Below, one piece after another: positions 36,476 through 44,894 of a DNA stretch of 59,323 nt. Position 1 is the first letter of the stretch. The number at the start of each line of letters is the position of its first letter. Made by a program: the position numbers and the translations under genes. The notes below the pieces were generated by a model. That model was not told the DNA's origin, did not search any database, and saw nothing but the letters and a program-made list of their open reading frames with translations. Source of the stretch: an uncultured Pseudomonadota bacterium (lineage in GTDB: Bacteria > Pseudomonadota > Alphaproteobacteria > Rs-D84); assembly GCA_949288265.1 (NCBI GenBank), contig CASEJM010000024.1, positions 1 to 59,323 of the forward strand, given 5' to 3'.

Positions 36476-38484
36476 AAATTTATGTAAATTATAATGATAA
36501 GCGTTGGCGTAAATATAAAATTAATTTTGAAAAAATTGCGCTTGCTGCAGTAATGGGCAATCGTCCTGATTCGGAAGTATCTATAATCTTAACAAACGAT
36601 AAAGAAATTCATAAGATAAATCGTGAGTATCGAAATATAGATAAACCTACAAACGTTTTATCATTTGAACTAGGTGATGATATTTTATTAGGGGATATTT
36701 ATATATCTTTGGATACTGTTTTAAAAGAAGCAAAGGAAGAAAATATATCTTTGTCAGATCATACGGCGCATATGGTTGTACATGGTATGTTGCATCTGCA
36801 GGGGTATGATCATATAAAAGAAAAAGATGCAGAAGTAATGGAAAATAAAGAAACAGAAATTTTAAAAGGTATGAATATAAAAAATCCGTATGCGTCTGAT
36901 TATAACGCATGCAAGAATTCTTCATGTTGTCCCGGAAATAAATTTTTTTCATGGTTACATTCTTTAAGAATACGTGAAAATTCTATTTGGCAATATTTAA
37001 TAATGTTTTTATTAGGGGCAATTGCTTCACTTGGTTTTGCACCTTTTCATATATGGTGGGCTACATTAGTTGCGATTGCGGCGGCATATAAAATATCTAT
37101 ATGTGGGACTAATAGATCAAGTCTGGTAAAAACTTTTTTACAAATTTTGCCGTTCAGTGCCGCTTATGCTATATCAATGTTTTGGTGGGTTGTAAACTCT
37201 ATATACGTTGTACCTGAATTGGCAGCGCAATTTGCTGTGTGGACTTTGCCGGCTCTTATAGGAATAGGTATTGTGGGCGGAATAATTTTTGCAATTCCTT
37301 TTGTTGTGATAAGGCGTATGTGCACGTTTCCTGCATGTAGAGCGTTTTTATTTGCTGCAATTTGGGTGTTGATTTTGTGGTTAAGGGAATGGCTGTTTAC
37401 GGGTTTCCCCTGGAATCCACTTTCTAACATTTTAATGCCTTTCCCTGTTTTGGCAAATTCTATGTCTTTATGGGGCGCTTTGGGAAGCTCTTTTGTGATA
37501 ATAGGATTGCTTGCTTCGATTGCAGAGTTAATTGGAAATCATAAAGATAAAACTGTATGGGGTACTTTTTGTATTTTTATAGTTCTAAGTATTTTAGGCG
37601 TCGGCTATGGTTATAAAAACATTCATTTGGCAAAAAATGTTGATGTAGATAGCCCAATAATTAGAATCGTTCAACCGGCTCGTAGCGCAGTGCAAAAAGC
37701 TACTCATTCCCGAGAAGAAGCATTAAAAAATGCAACAGAAAATGTAAAGTTTTTAATAAACTTGGCTTCTGCATCTGGGAACATTGATTTGGTTGTTTTC
37801 CCAGAAACTTCTTATCCTTTTATTGTTCTTGATGGGGATGATATGCCGATTTCCGTCGCATTAAATAATAATATCATTATTGGTACTAATTTTTATTCTT
37901 CTGGAAATTTATATAATTCAATGATTTTCGCGACACCAGATGGTGAAATTCAAAAAATATACAGTAAATCTCATTTGGTTCCCTTCGGAGAATATAGACC
38001 TTTCGGTGACATAATTCCGACACCTGGGCAATTATCAAAAGGTAATGGACCAGAACTTATAAGTATTAATGTACATAATAAGAATTTTACTTTCGTACCA
38101 GCAATTTGTTATGAAATAATCTTTTCAGACTCTTTGGTTCCATCGGGAAAGCAACCTGATGCAGTTATAAATATTACGAATGATACTTGGTTCGGTAATA
38201 CCCCCGGAACGTATCAGCATCTTGATATGGTTCGCAGGTATGCAATAGAATCAGGTTTGCCTATAGTCAGAGCAAATTATTCTGGAATCAGTGCTTTCAT
38301 AACATCTTATGGAACTATTATATCCGAAATACCTGTCGGAAAATCTGGTTATATGGACGGCGTTATAGGTGGCGCTCATTTTACCCTATATCGGGAAATT
38401 GGACGGGATGGTTGGATTGTAATAATATTATTATTTTCATGTATATGCACCATATCTTTGTATGCACTAAAAAAACAAAGATAG
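36472..38484 (+). CDS. Fusion protein: YbeY endoribonuclease domain + apolipoprotein N-acyltransferase (Lnt)
   Basis: Residues 1-140 are YbeY (NVLSFE, HGMLHLQGYDH, end ..NPY). The rest is Lnt (8-TM region, nitrilase domain with FPETS, SKSHLVPFGEY, PAICYEIIF). It is a single uninterrupted 670-codon ORF. Confidence 0.85.
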   Translation: MKIYVNYNDKRWRKYKINFEKIALAAVMGNRPDSEVSIILTNDKEIHKINREYRNIDKPTNVLSFELGDDILLGDIYISLDTVLKEAKEENISLSDHTAHMVVHGMLHLQGYDHIKEKDAEVMENKETEILKGMNIKNPYASDYNACKNSSCCPGNKFFSWLHSLRIRENSIWQYLIMFLLGAIASLGFAPFHIWWATLVAIAAAYKISICGTNRSSLVKTFLQILPFSAAYAISMFWWVVNSIYVVPELAAQFAVWTLPALIGIGIVGGIIFAIPFVVIRRMCTFPACRAFLFAAIWVLILWLREWLFTGFPWNPLSNILMPFPVLANSMSLWGALGSSFVIIGLLASIAELIGNHKDKTVWGTFCIFIVLSILGVGYGYKNIHLAKNVDVDSPIIRIVQPARSAVQKATHSREEALKNATENVKFLINLASASGNIDLVVFPETSYPFIVLDGDDMPISVALNNNIIIGTNFYSSGNLYNSMIFATPDGEIQKIYSKSHLVPFGEYRPFGDIIPTPGQLSKGNGPELISINVHNKNFTFVPAICYEIIFSDSLVPSGKQPDAVINITNDTWFGNTPGTYQHLDMVRRYAIESGLPIVRANYSGISAFITSYGTIISEIPVGKSGYMDGVIGGAHFTLYREIGRDGWIVIILLFSCICTISLYALKKQR

Positions 38485-38485
38485 G

Positions 38486-38689
38486 TTATTGAGAAACTTT
38501 ATTTAAAATCCATATCCTAATTGCTGAAGACAAATTTGTTCCGGGTGCTCTGTTATCGTCAATGTATTCTATTATTGACGCAATTGATTTTTTCTCATCG
38601 TGTGCAATTTTCTTTAGAGATTCTATAAACTCGTATTCTAAAGAAATACTTGTTTGGTGACCTGATAAAGATACTGATAGTTTTCTCAT
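38486..38689 (-). CDS. Ribbon-helix-helix (RHH_4-type) protein
   Basis: KLSVSLSGHQTSISLE.EF...L..IA.......ASII..ID..R....NLSSAIRIWIL matches the PF13467-type pattern. I prefer the ATG at 38689 over the TTG at 38707. Confidence 0.7.
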   Translation of the reverse strand: MRKLSVSLSGHQTSISLEYEFIESLKKIAHDEKKSIASIIEYIDDNRAPGTNLSSAIRIWILNKVSQ

Positions 38690-38690
38690 T

Positions 38691-39125
38691 TTATATATTC
38701 CCCGCAATAAGGCAATCCATCATGGCTTTATAAGGGTCTTCATACTTACGAAGTTCGTTTAAATTTATATTATCTAGCATAAAGCAAGAACCAAATGAAT
38801 CGAAAGCAAACCAAAACAGGTCGTTCCGGCCAAATACAGTTTTACCGTGTAACCGAGAAAAAGATGTCAGTTCTTTATTTATGTCTGAAATACTAGGAAT
38901 AGGGTATTTATTACCACGAGAAACCTCTTGCGGACCAAAAATGTACCCATTTCCAAGATTTATGGAACCGCATTGCAAATATAAATCTATTATGAATTGC
39001 GGTAATATAGCAGAATGCATGTTTTGTAATGAAGAATTCGTTAACGTTATTAATTTTGGTGAAACACCTGGGGAAAGCTTTGCACCTTGAGATTTTATTG
39101 AAGATAAAAATTCAGAACACTTCAT
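38691..39125 (-). CDS. Hypothetical protein, SUKH/SMI1-KNR4-like (tentative)
   Basis: LPQFIIDLYLQCGSINLGNGYIFGP and GKTVFGRNDLFWFAFDSFGSCFMLD fit the SUKH layout by eye. Confidence 0.35.
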   Translation of the reverse strand: MKCSEFLSSIKSQGAKLSPGVSPKLITLTNSSLQNMHSAILPQFIIDLYLQCGSINLGNGYIFGPQEVSRGNKYPIPSISDINKELTSFSRLHGKTVFGRNDLFWFAFDSFGSCFMLDNINLNELRKYEDPYKAMMDCLIAGNI

Positions 39126-39140
39126 TTATTAGCTACTTTT

Positions 39141-39650
39141 TTATTGTTCCATACCACGCGCTGCTACGATTTGTGCAGCTATTTGACTTAACCTGTCTTC
39201 TGTTGCGTTACCACCGTCCCCACCGGATATATTATTTAAAGAAATATAAACTTTTTTTGACGGGTTAGGTAACCATACAGTTTTTGCACCACTTTGTTCT
39301 ATTATAAATTGGTCAAGTCTCTGGGAATTAGGAAATGTATGACACATGAACAAATTTTTTATTTCTAATTTCCCACCCCAGATAAGCGGAATTCGAAAAC
39401 GTATAGAAAGATTCTGAGGTATTTTTTTCCCCATAATTAACGACATGAATTCGTCTTGGGTTAAATTCATTAAGGCTAGTTGTTCCACAGAATCAGTCAA
39501 CGTTTCAATGAATTCGTGACATAGTTTTTTATATGTTATAAACCAATTAGAAGCAACTTTAACAGGTGCCGGGTGAAATTCCATTATGGGCATATCACCC
39601 ATATTCATGTCTTTTAAGCGTTTCTCAGCCGTATCCTTTGTCAGTTGCAT
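39141..39650 (-). CDS. Hypothetical protein with an HNH-like (beta-beta-alpha-Me) signature lacking the first His
   Basis: Residues 84-108 read RFRIPLIWGGKLEIKNLFMCHTFPN. The ORF is real on the basis of operon context, with a 1-nt overlap with the upstream gene. Confidence 0.35.
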   Translation of the reverse strand: MQLTKDTAEKRLKDMNMGDMPIMEFHPAPVKVASNWFITYKKLCHEFIETLTDSVEQLALMNLTQDEFMSLIMGKKIPQNLSIRFRIPLIWGGKLEIKNLFMCHTFPNSQRLDQFIIEQSGAKTVWLPNPSKKVYISLNNISGGDGGNATEDRLSQIAAQIVAARGMEQ

Positions 39651-40579
39651 TATATTTTACCTATGTGAGTTATAACGGCATCTATATATTGAGAATATGC
39701 CTCAAACATTCCGTCATCATCATCTGGAATAGGTGGGTTTTTAATATCTTCCATATATTTACGCAATTCATCAATTGAATTAAACATTAGTATATCTTGA
39801 AATTCCGATATACCAGCGTCTGGAGCAAAAAGTGCAAAACCATTTATAGATATTTCCGTCTCGTCTAAAGTATCTGCAAATACGCGTTGGAACTTTTCTA
39901 TTATTTCACGTACTTGCGTTGTTTTTACACCTATGCATCCAAGCCACATCGTTTCATTCGTACCAATCGCGATTAATGATGTTTTAATACCGTTAACCAT
40001 GGTATTAGGTTTTACTGTATACCCAGCATTACTAAATATTGTACGTAGTTCTGTTAAATAAATATCATTATTATCAGGTTCTTTTTTGGGGCCTTGTAAT
40101 GTCGGAGCAGGTGATTGTGTGGGCATAAAAGTATTATTTAAAGATGGAACAACCAACCGTGGAGGACGTACACCAACATAAGAAGGAGTAGATGTATTTT
40201 GTGTTTTTGAAGGTTGTACTTCTGCTGGTAATATATCTAACGTCGATGCATCTTCGTTTTTTTGCGGTAAGTTATTTTGAATTGGCGCTGTGTTTGTCGT
40301 AGTTTTTTTTATCTTCATAATTGGCATTCTGATTTTTCTGATGCGCGGCCGCAAAATCAAATATATACCAAAGATCGCAATGAATATTGTTATTGCAATT
40401 GATACATAAAAACTGACTTTAACAGGGGCGTTTGTTGCCTGCAATGATGCGGCATATTCCCAGTGAGAAGCAGAAAAAACGTTAAACCCAAATACAGTAT
40501 TGAACCAAAAACTGGTCCCAAGGGTTACGGCCAGTACCCATAAAGTACATAATAATATGTTGTCTAGACGAATTCTCAT
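39650..40579 (-). CDS. Membrane protein: 2 TM + P/T/Q/N-rich linker + C-terminal globular domain, unknown family
   Basis: 309-aa ORF and the first gene of a tightly packed four-gene minus-strand operon. Confidence 0.5.
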   Translation of the reverse strand: MRIRLDNILLCTLWVLAVTLGTSFWFNTVFGFNVFSASHWEYAASLQATNAPVKVSFYVSIAITIFIAIFGIYLILRPRIRKIRMPIMKIKKTTTNTAPIQNNLPQKNEDASTLDILPAEVQPSKTQNTSTPSYVGVRPPRLVVPSLNNTFMPTQSPAPTLQGPKKEPDNNDIYLTELRTIFSNAGYTVKPNTMVNGIKTSLIAIGTNETMWLGCIGVKTTQVREIIEKFQRVFADTLDETEISINGFALFAPDAGISEFQDILMFNSIDELRKYMEDIKNPPIPDDDDGMFEAYSQYIDAVITHIGKI

Positions 40580-40588
40580 TTGATTTTA

Positions 40589-40597
40589 ATTATATCA
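40589..40597 (-). promoter_or_regulatory. Extended -10 promoter (TGaTATAAT, minus strand) 9 nt from the ATG at 40579
   Basis: The minus strand reads ATGTGATATAAT-TAAAATCAA-ATG, with no SD. Confidence 0.4.
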
Positions 40598-40603
40598 CAT
40601 TTA

Positions 40604-40612
40604 TGATAAAGT
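40604..40612 (+). promoter_or_regulatory. Extended -10-like promoter (TGaTAAAGT) 10 nt from the ATG at 40623
   Basis: TTTATGATAAAGT. It sits back-to-back with the minus-strand promoter in a 43-nt spacer. Confidence 0.3.
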
Positions 40613-40622
40613 AAAAAGAACA

Positions 40623-41282
40623 ATGATTGATATGGATAAGATTCTTGAAAATGTTTCTGAACCAGCTTTATGGTGTGGAATGGATATTGAAGCGACAGAT
40701 CTGGCACGCGTTGCTTCGATCGCCATAGAAAATAAAGTTTCACCGATATCTGTTGGACCAAATTCTGTTTCAATATTGTGGCCGTGGTTAGAGGGTAAAA
40801 ATATAAAAATATATTCTCGTTTTTATTTTGATGGCAAAGAAAATCAAGCGTCTATTATATCAGAGAAAATAAATTTTACTTTTAAGCATGGGGCGGATGG
40901 GGCTCAGGTTTTTGTTTCTAGACGGAATTTAAACGATTTTGTATCTCAATTATATTTAATTCGCGATGATTTATTCTTTAATAAAGATATATTTATAGGT
41001 TTAAATATAAACGAAATAGATGCGTTTGAATGGAATGAAATATTTTCTTCACTAGAAAAAATGCGCGCTACAGGTTTAATTTTAGTATTGGCTAAAGATG
41101 ACGGGGATAAGTCTGATTTCGTCGGTCGTGTTTATTCTGCATTATCTGCTTTGAATAATAAAAATATTAAATTGCATTTTGTTTTAGGAATAAAACCATA
41201 TAGGGTAGAGCAAGTAGTTCGTTTGGTTAAATCTATGGCAACAGAAATAGAACATAATTTGAAATTTTTCATAAATGCTTAG
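40623..41282 (+). CDS. Hypothetical protein, possibly a degenerate DeoC-like TIM-barrel fold
   Basis: 219-aa ORF. The order of segments (..ATDLARVASIAIENKVSPISVGPNSV....L.G..IKIYS...F.....KHGADGAQVFV) parallels deoxyribose-phosphate aldolase by eye only. Confidence 0.3.
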   Translation: MIDMDKILENVSEPALWCGMDIEATDLARVASIAIENKVSPISVGPNSVSILWPWLEGKNIKIYSRFYFDGKENQASIISEKINFTFKHGADGAQVFVSRRNLNDFVSQLYLIRDDLFFNKDIFIGLNINEIDAFEWNEIFSSLEKMRATGLILVLAKDDGDKSDFVGRVYSALSALNNKNIKLHFVLGIKPYRVEQVVRLVKSMATEIEHNLKFFINA

Positions 41283-41911
41283 TTCTTTAGAAGCAAATAC
41301 TTTGGAACCGTAGTTCCGGCTTTGTTTTTTTCTTGATAGCGTGTATGTATTGTTTTTATATCGGGGGTACAAATAAAAAGTTTTGTTAGTTTTGCTTGGT
41401 TTATAATCCAATCAAAATATTCCCAATGGTCAGTACCAATTATTATTTCACCGTTTCGTGTAAGATGTTTTGATAAAAGCATTAAGAAATCAGCATTTAA
41501 AAGCCGTCTTTTTTCATGTCTTGCTTTCGGCCAAGGGTCTGGGTGCAGAACCCATATTTGTTCGAATTTCGAATCGGTATCACGTAAAAAATCGCGAACA
41601 TCATCCGGAAAAATCCGTATGTTTTTATATTCAGAACGAATCGAATTCGATTCGTCTGTTATTGCGGATAATAGAGAAGCAACGCCATTCATAAATGGTT
41701 CTGCGCCGATTATAATTTTATCCGGGTTTTCCCGGCTAATTTCACGTAAATGTTCACCTGAACCGAAACCAATTTCTAAAATTAAACCGGTGTTTGTTGG
41801 TAAGCCTACAGGCTGTATCGCAGGCAACACTGTATCCAGCAACGTATTCTGACGTGCAGATAATTTTTTGCCGTGCCGGCGTCCAAAAGTTCTTATCTCT
41901 TGTTTTTCCAT
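41279..41911 (-). CDS. trmB: tRNA (guanine46-N7)-methyltransferase
   Basis: EIGFGSGEHL SAM motif and HPDPWPKARHEKRRL signature. Confidence 0.88.
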   Translation of the reverse strand: MEKQEIRTFGRRHGKKLSARQNTLLDTVLPAIQPVGLPTNTGLILEIGFGSGEHLREISRENPDKIIIGAEPFMNGVASLLSAITDESNSIRSEYKNIRIFPDDVRDFLRDTDSKFEQIWVLHPDPWPKARHEKRRLLNADFLMLLSKHLTRNGEIIIGTDHWEYFDWIINQAKLTKLFICTPDIKTIHTRYQEKNKAGTTVPKYLLLKN

Positions 41912-41956
41912 ATATTTAGTATAAAATTCAACTTATATGAATACAAGGTAAATGTA

Positions 41957-42514
41957 ATGGAATACCCTAAAATTATTAAATCAGACGGCTTTACATTGGA
42001 AAAAATTGCGCCTACATTTGAAAATGCGCGCAAGGTTTTTGAAGTCGTTGATGCAGAACGCGATTCTTTGCGCCAATTCTTATCGTGGATTGACGAAACG
42101 CGTTGCCCAGAAGATTTGTTCATGCATATTTATAAGGTTTCTAAAACAGATAACGGATCTTATTACATAAAGTACGACGGTAAAATAGTCGGTAATGTTG
42201 GAGTGGACATTAGTTCTAAAAAAAATAAAATCGCAGAGATTGCATATTGGTTATCTGGCAAGTATACCGGTCGTGGTATCATGACGCGTTGTGTTAAAAA
42301 GTTAGAAGAGTTCGCTTTTAAAAATATGGATGTGAACAGAATAGAAATTATTATGGAAACAGAAAATATAAAATCTGAGGGCGTTGCAAAGCGGGCAGGT
42401 TATGTATGTGAGGGTATTCGTCGTCAAAGTTATTTGATTCATGATAAATTAAAAGATGTTTTTACATATTCGAAATTAAAGTCAGAATGGGAAAAGGAAA
42501 ATAAAAATGCGTAA
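41957..42514 (+). CDS. GNAT-family N-acetyltransferase (RimJ/RimL-like)
   Basis: IAYWLSGKYTGRGIMT..V..L..FAF......RIEI.....N..S..VA.RAGY..EG. I prefer the ATG at 41957 with an AAGG SD over the ORF-track start at 41873. Confidence 0.8.
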   Translation: MEYPKIIKSDGFTLEKIAPTFENARKVFEVVDAERDSLRQFLSWIDETRCPEDLFMHIYKVSKTDNGSYYIKYDGKIVGNVGVDISSKKNKIAEIAYWLSGKYTGRGIMTRCVKKLEEFAFKNMDVNRIEIIMETENIKSEGVAKRAGYVCEGIRRQSYLIHDKLKDVFTYSKLKSEWEKENKNA

Positions 42515-44087
42515 AGGTTTGTCTGCAGATTTAATTACTCGTGTATTAGGGGGGGGGCCAAAATATACTTTGGCAGAGTTAGAAGAAAAGTACCCACCAC
42601 GTAATTTACCAGAAGGGGCCTTTGTAACCCGCTTTTCACCAAGCCCTACGGGATATATGCATATCGGCGGTTTGTACATGTCTTTGATTGATTATAAATT
42701 GGCAAAGCAAACTGACGGTGTATTTATGCTGCGTATAGAAGATACAGATACCAAGCGTGAAGTAAAAGATGCGGCAAAGATTATTGTAGATTCTATGAAA
42801 CGATTCGGTTTTGAATATAATAATGATGAAGTATATGGACCTTACTATCAGTCGCAACGCAAGGATGTTTATCGCAGTGTCGCAGCAGATTTGTTGGCAC
42901 GTGGATTGGCGTATCCTTGCTTTTTGACGGCAGAAGATATGGAAAAAATTCGTGAAAATCAAAAGAATGCAGGATTCGCAACGGGTATTTACGGCGAATT
43001 TGCACGTGATAGAGATATTTCAGAAGAAGATATAATTCGTCATTTGGATGCAGGTGAGGTTCCGTCAATTCGCTTATATTCTACTGGTAATCCTGATAAC
43101 AGAATTTTCTGTAAAGATGCAGTGCGTGGTTCTATCGGTTTCCCAGAAAATAACGAAGATATTGTTTTGATTAAGTCAAATGACGGTTTGCCAACGTATC
43201 ATTTTGCGCACCTGTGTGATGACCACTTTATGCGTACAACACACGTTGTTCGTGGTGAAGAATGGCTGCCTTCTTTTCCTTTGCATACTCAAATGTTTCG
43301 CATGATGGGGTGGACGCCACCATTATATATCCATACTGCGACAATTGATAAGATTGATCCAGAAACTGGTAAACAAAGAAAGTTGTCCAAGCGCCATGAC
43401 CCAGAGGCAAACGTTGCGTTTTTCTTAGCAGACGGTTGGCCGACAGAGGCGATAATAGATTATCTGGGCAATATTGCTGCATCTGGTTATGAAGAGGCGA
43501 AGGTTAAAGGGCAGGTTAAATCTTTTTGGGATTATGAATTGCGCCCAAAGAAAATACCTATGTCTGGTGTCTTGTTTGATAACAGAAAATTAGAATGGTG
43601 GGCAAAAGAATATATTGCTACTTTGCCGGTTGATGAATTGGTAAAGCGAGTTCGCGATTGGGCGGATGAATATGACCCACAATGGGCGGCACGAATCGGT
43701 GACAATCCAGAATATTTAAAAAATATTTTGGCGATTGAACGTGATAACCCGAAGCGCATCCGTAAAGATTTTATTACTTGGAAACAGACTTTGCAGGAAG
43801 TGTCTTATTTCTGGGATGATTTGTTCTTGTCGAACAAAGAATATGAATTTAACAAAGATTTATTGTCTGCATTTTTATCAACATTTGATATTTGTGATGA
43901 TAAAGACACTTGGTGGGCAAAGATTGTTGCCATTGCCGCTGACAAAGGTGTAAAAAACGGCGATGTTGCGATGAATTTGCGTGTGGTGTTGACCGGTCGC
44001 ACAAATACACCCGATTTGTATTCTATAATGCAGGTTATGGGTACGGATAAGGTTGTTAATCGTATAAAGGATGTAATTAATGGTTAA
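42507..44087 (+). CDS. gltX: Glutamyl-tRNA synthetase
   Basis: RFSPSPTGYMHIGG (HIGH), RIEDTD and KLSKR (KMSKS) motifs. It overlaps the upstream gene by 8 nt, and a 35-aa segment precedes the HIGH region. Confidence 0.88.
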   Translation: MRKGLSADLITRVLGGGPKYTLAELEEKYPPRNLPEGAFVTRFSPSPTGYMHIGGLYMSLIDYKLAKQTDGVFMLRIEDTDTKREVKDAAKIIVDSMKRFGFEYNNDEVYGPYYQSQRKDVYRSVAADLLARGLAYPCFLTAEDMEKIRENQKNAGFATGIYGEFARDRDISEEDIIRHLDAGEVPSIRLYSTGNPDNRIFCKDAVRGSIGFPENNEDIVLIKSNDGLPTYHFAHLCDDHFMRTTHVVRGEEWLPSFPLHTQMFRMMGWTPPLYIHTATIDKIDPETGKQRKLSKRHDPEANVAFFLADGWPTEAIIDYLGNIAASGYEEAKVKGQVKSFWDYELRPKKIPMSGVLFDNRKLEWWAKEYIATLPVDELVKRVRDWADEYDPQWAARIGDNPEYLKNILAIERDNPKRIRKDFITWKQTLQEVSYFWDDLFLSNKEYEFNKDLLSAFLSTFDICDDKDTWWAKIVAIAADKGVKNGDVAMNLRVVLTGRTNTPDLYSIMQVMGTDKVVNRIKDVING

Positions 44088-44826
44088 ATCAAAAAAAATT
44101 GTTCGGGCTAAGTTAAAGGCGGTTAAATCAGATTCGCGTGGCAGTCGATTGTTACGTATATTACGTGCCACAGGTTTATTTCGTTGGGAACGTCCAAGTA
44201 CGAAATCAGAAGAGGTGGTTAATATATTAACTCATGGCATAGGTATCGGTTTAGCAATAGCTGGCCTAACTTTGTTGGTGGTTTTTGCTTCGTTGAAGGG
44301 CGATCCCTGGGCAATAGTTTCTTGTGCCATATTTGGGTTGACCATGTTTACTTTATATTTTGGGTCGACAATGTGTCATGCAACAATTGGTAAAAAAAGT
44401 GAATGCTTTTTTGAGGTATGGGATAGTGCGGCAATTTATGCTTTAATAGCTGGTACATACACGCCGTTTTTATTGGTGAATTTGCGTGGGTGGATTGGCT
44501 GGACAGTTTTCGGCATTTTATGGGCGATTGTGATATTCGGTTCAATCATGAAAATACGTAACCCGAAACAGCAACCTAAGTGGATGGTTGCATTGTATCT
44601 AATTATGGGATGGACTTTGCTATTTATTTTGCCTGCAATGTTATACCATATTCCATCGCGTGGTTTGTGGTTTATATTGGCGGGGGGGCTTTCTTATTCA
44701 ATCGGGGTATTTTTCTATCTGTGGCGTAAGATGAAATATTCTCATGCAATTTGGCATTTATTTGTAATCGCTGGTAGCGTATGCTTCTTTTTCGCTGTAC
44801 TGTTTGGTTGCATTATAGATTTATAA
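44080..44826 (+). CDS. Hemolysin III / PAQR-family membrane protein
   Basis: 7 TM, H..G motifs and the C-terminal HAIWHLFVIAGSVCFFF. Confidence 0.85.
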   Translation: MVKSKKIVRAKLKAVKSDSRGSRLLRILRATGLFRWERPSTKSEEVVNILTHGIGIGLAIAGLTLLVVFASLKGDPWAIVSCAIFGLTMFTLYFGSTMCHATIGKKSECFFEVWDSAAIYALIAGTYTPFLLVNLRGWIGWTVFGILWAIVIFGSIMKIRNPKQQPKWMVALYLIMGWTLLFILPAMLYHIPSRGLWFILAGGLSYSIGVFFYLWRKMKYSHAIWHLFVIAGSVCFFFAVLFGCIIDL

Positions 44827-44894
44827 AAATGACTTGTCGTAGATGGATTTTTTTTATATTATCAGTATATAAGTTATGATAAAAAGGCAAAAGT

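Noticed and set aside
42549-42557. G9 homopolymer near the 5' end of gltX, considered as a phase-variation tract or frameshift site.
   Set aside because: It encodes Gly-Gly-Gly in frame. G7 runs encoding Gly-Gly occur repeatedly in this window (for example 15911, 31324, 44682, 58182), so GGG codon usage explains it. It is only worth a read-depth check for sequencing error.
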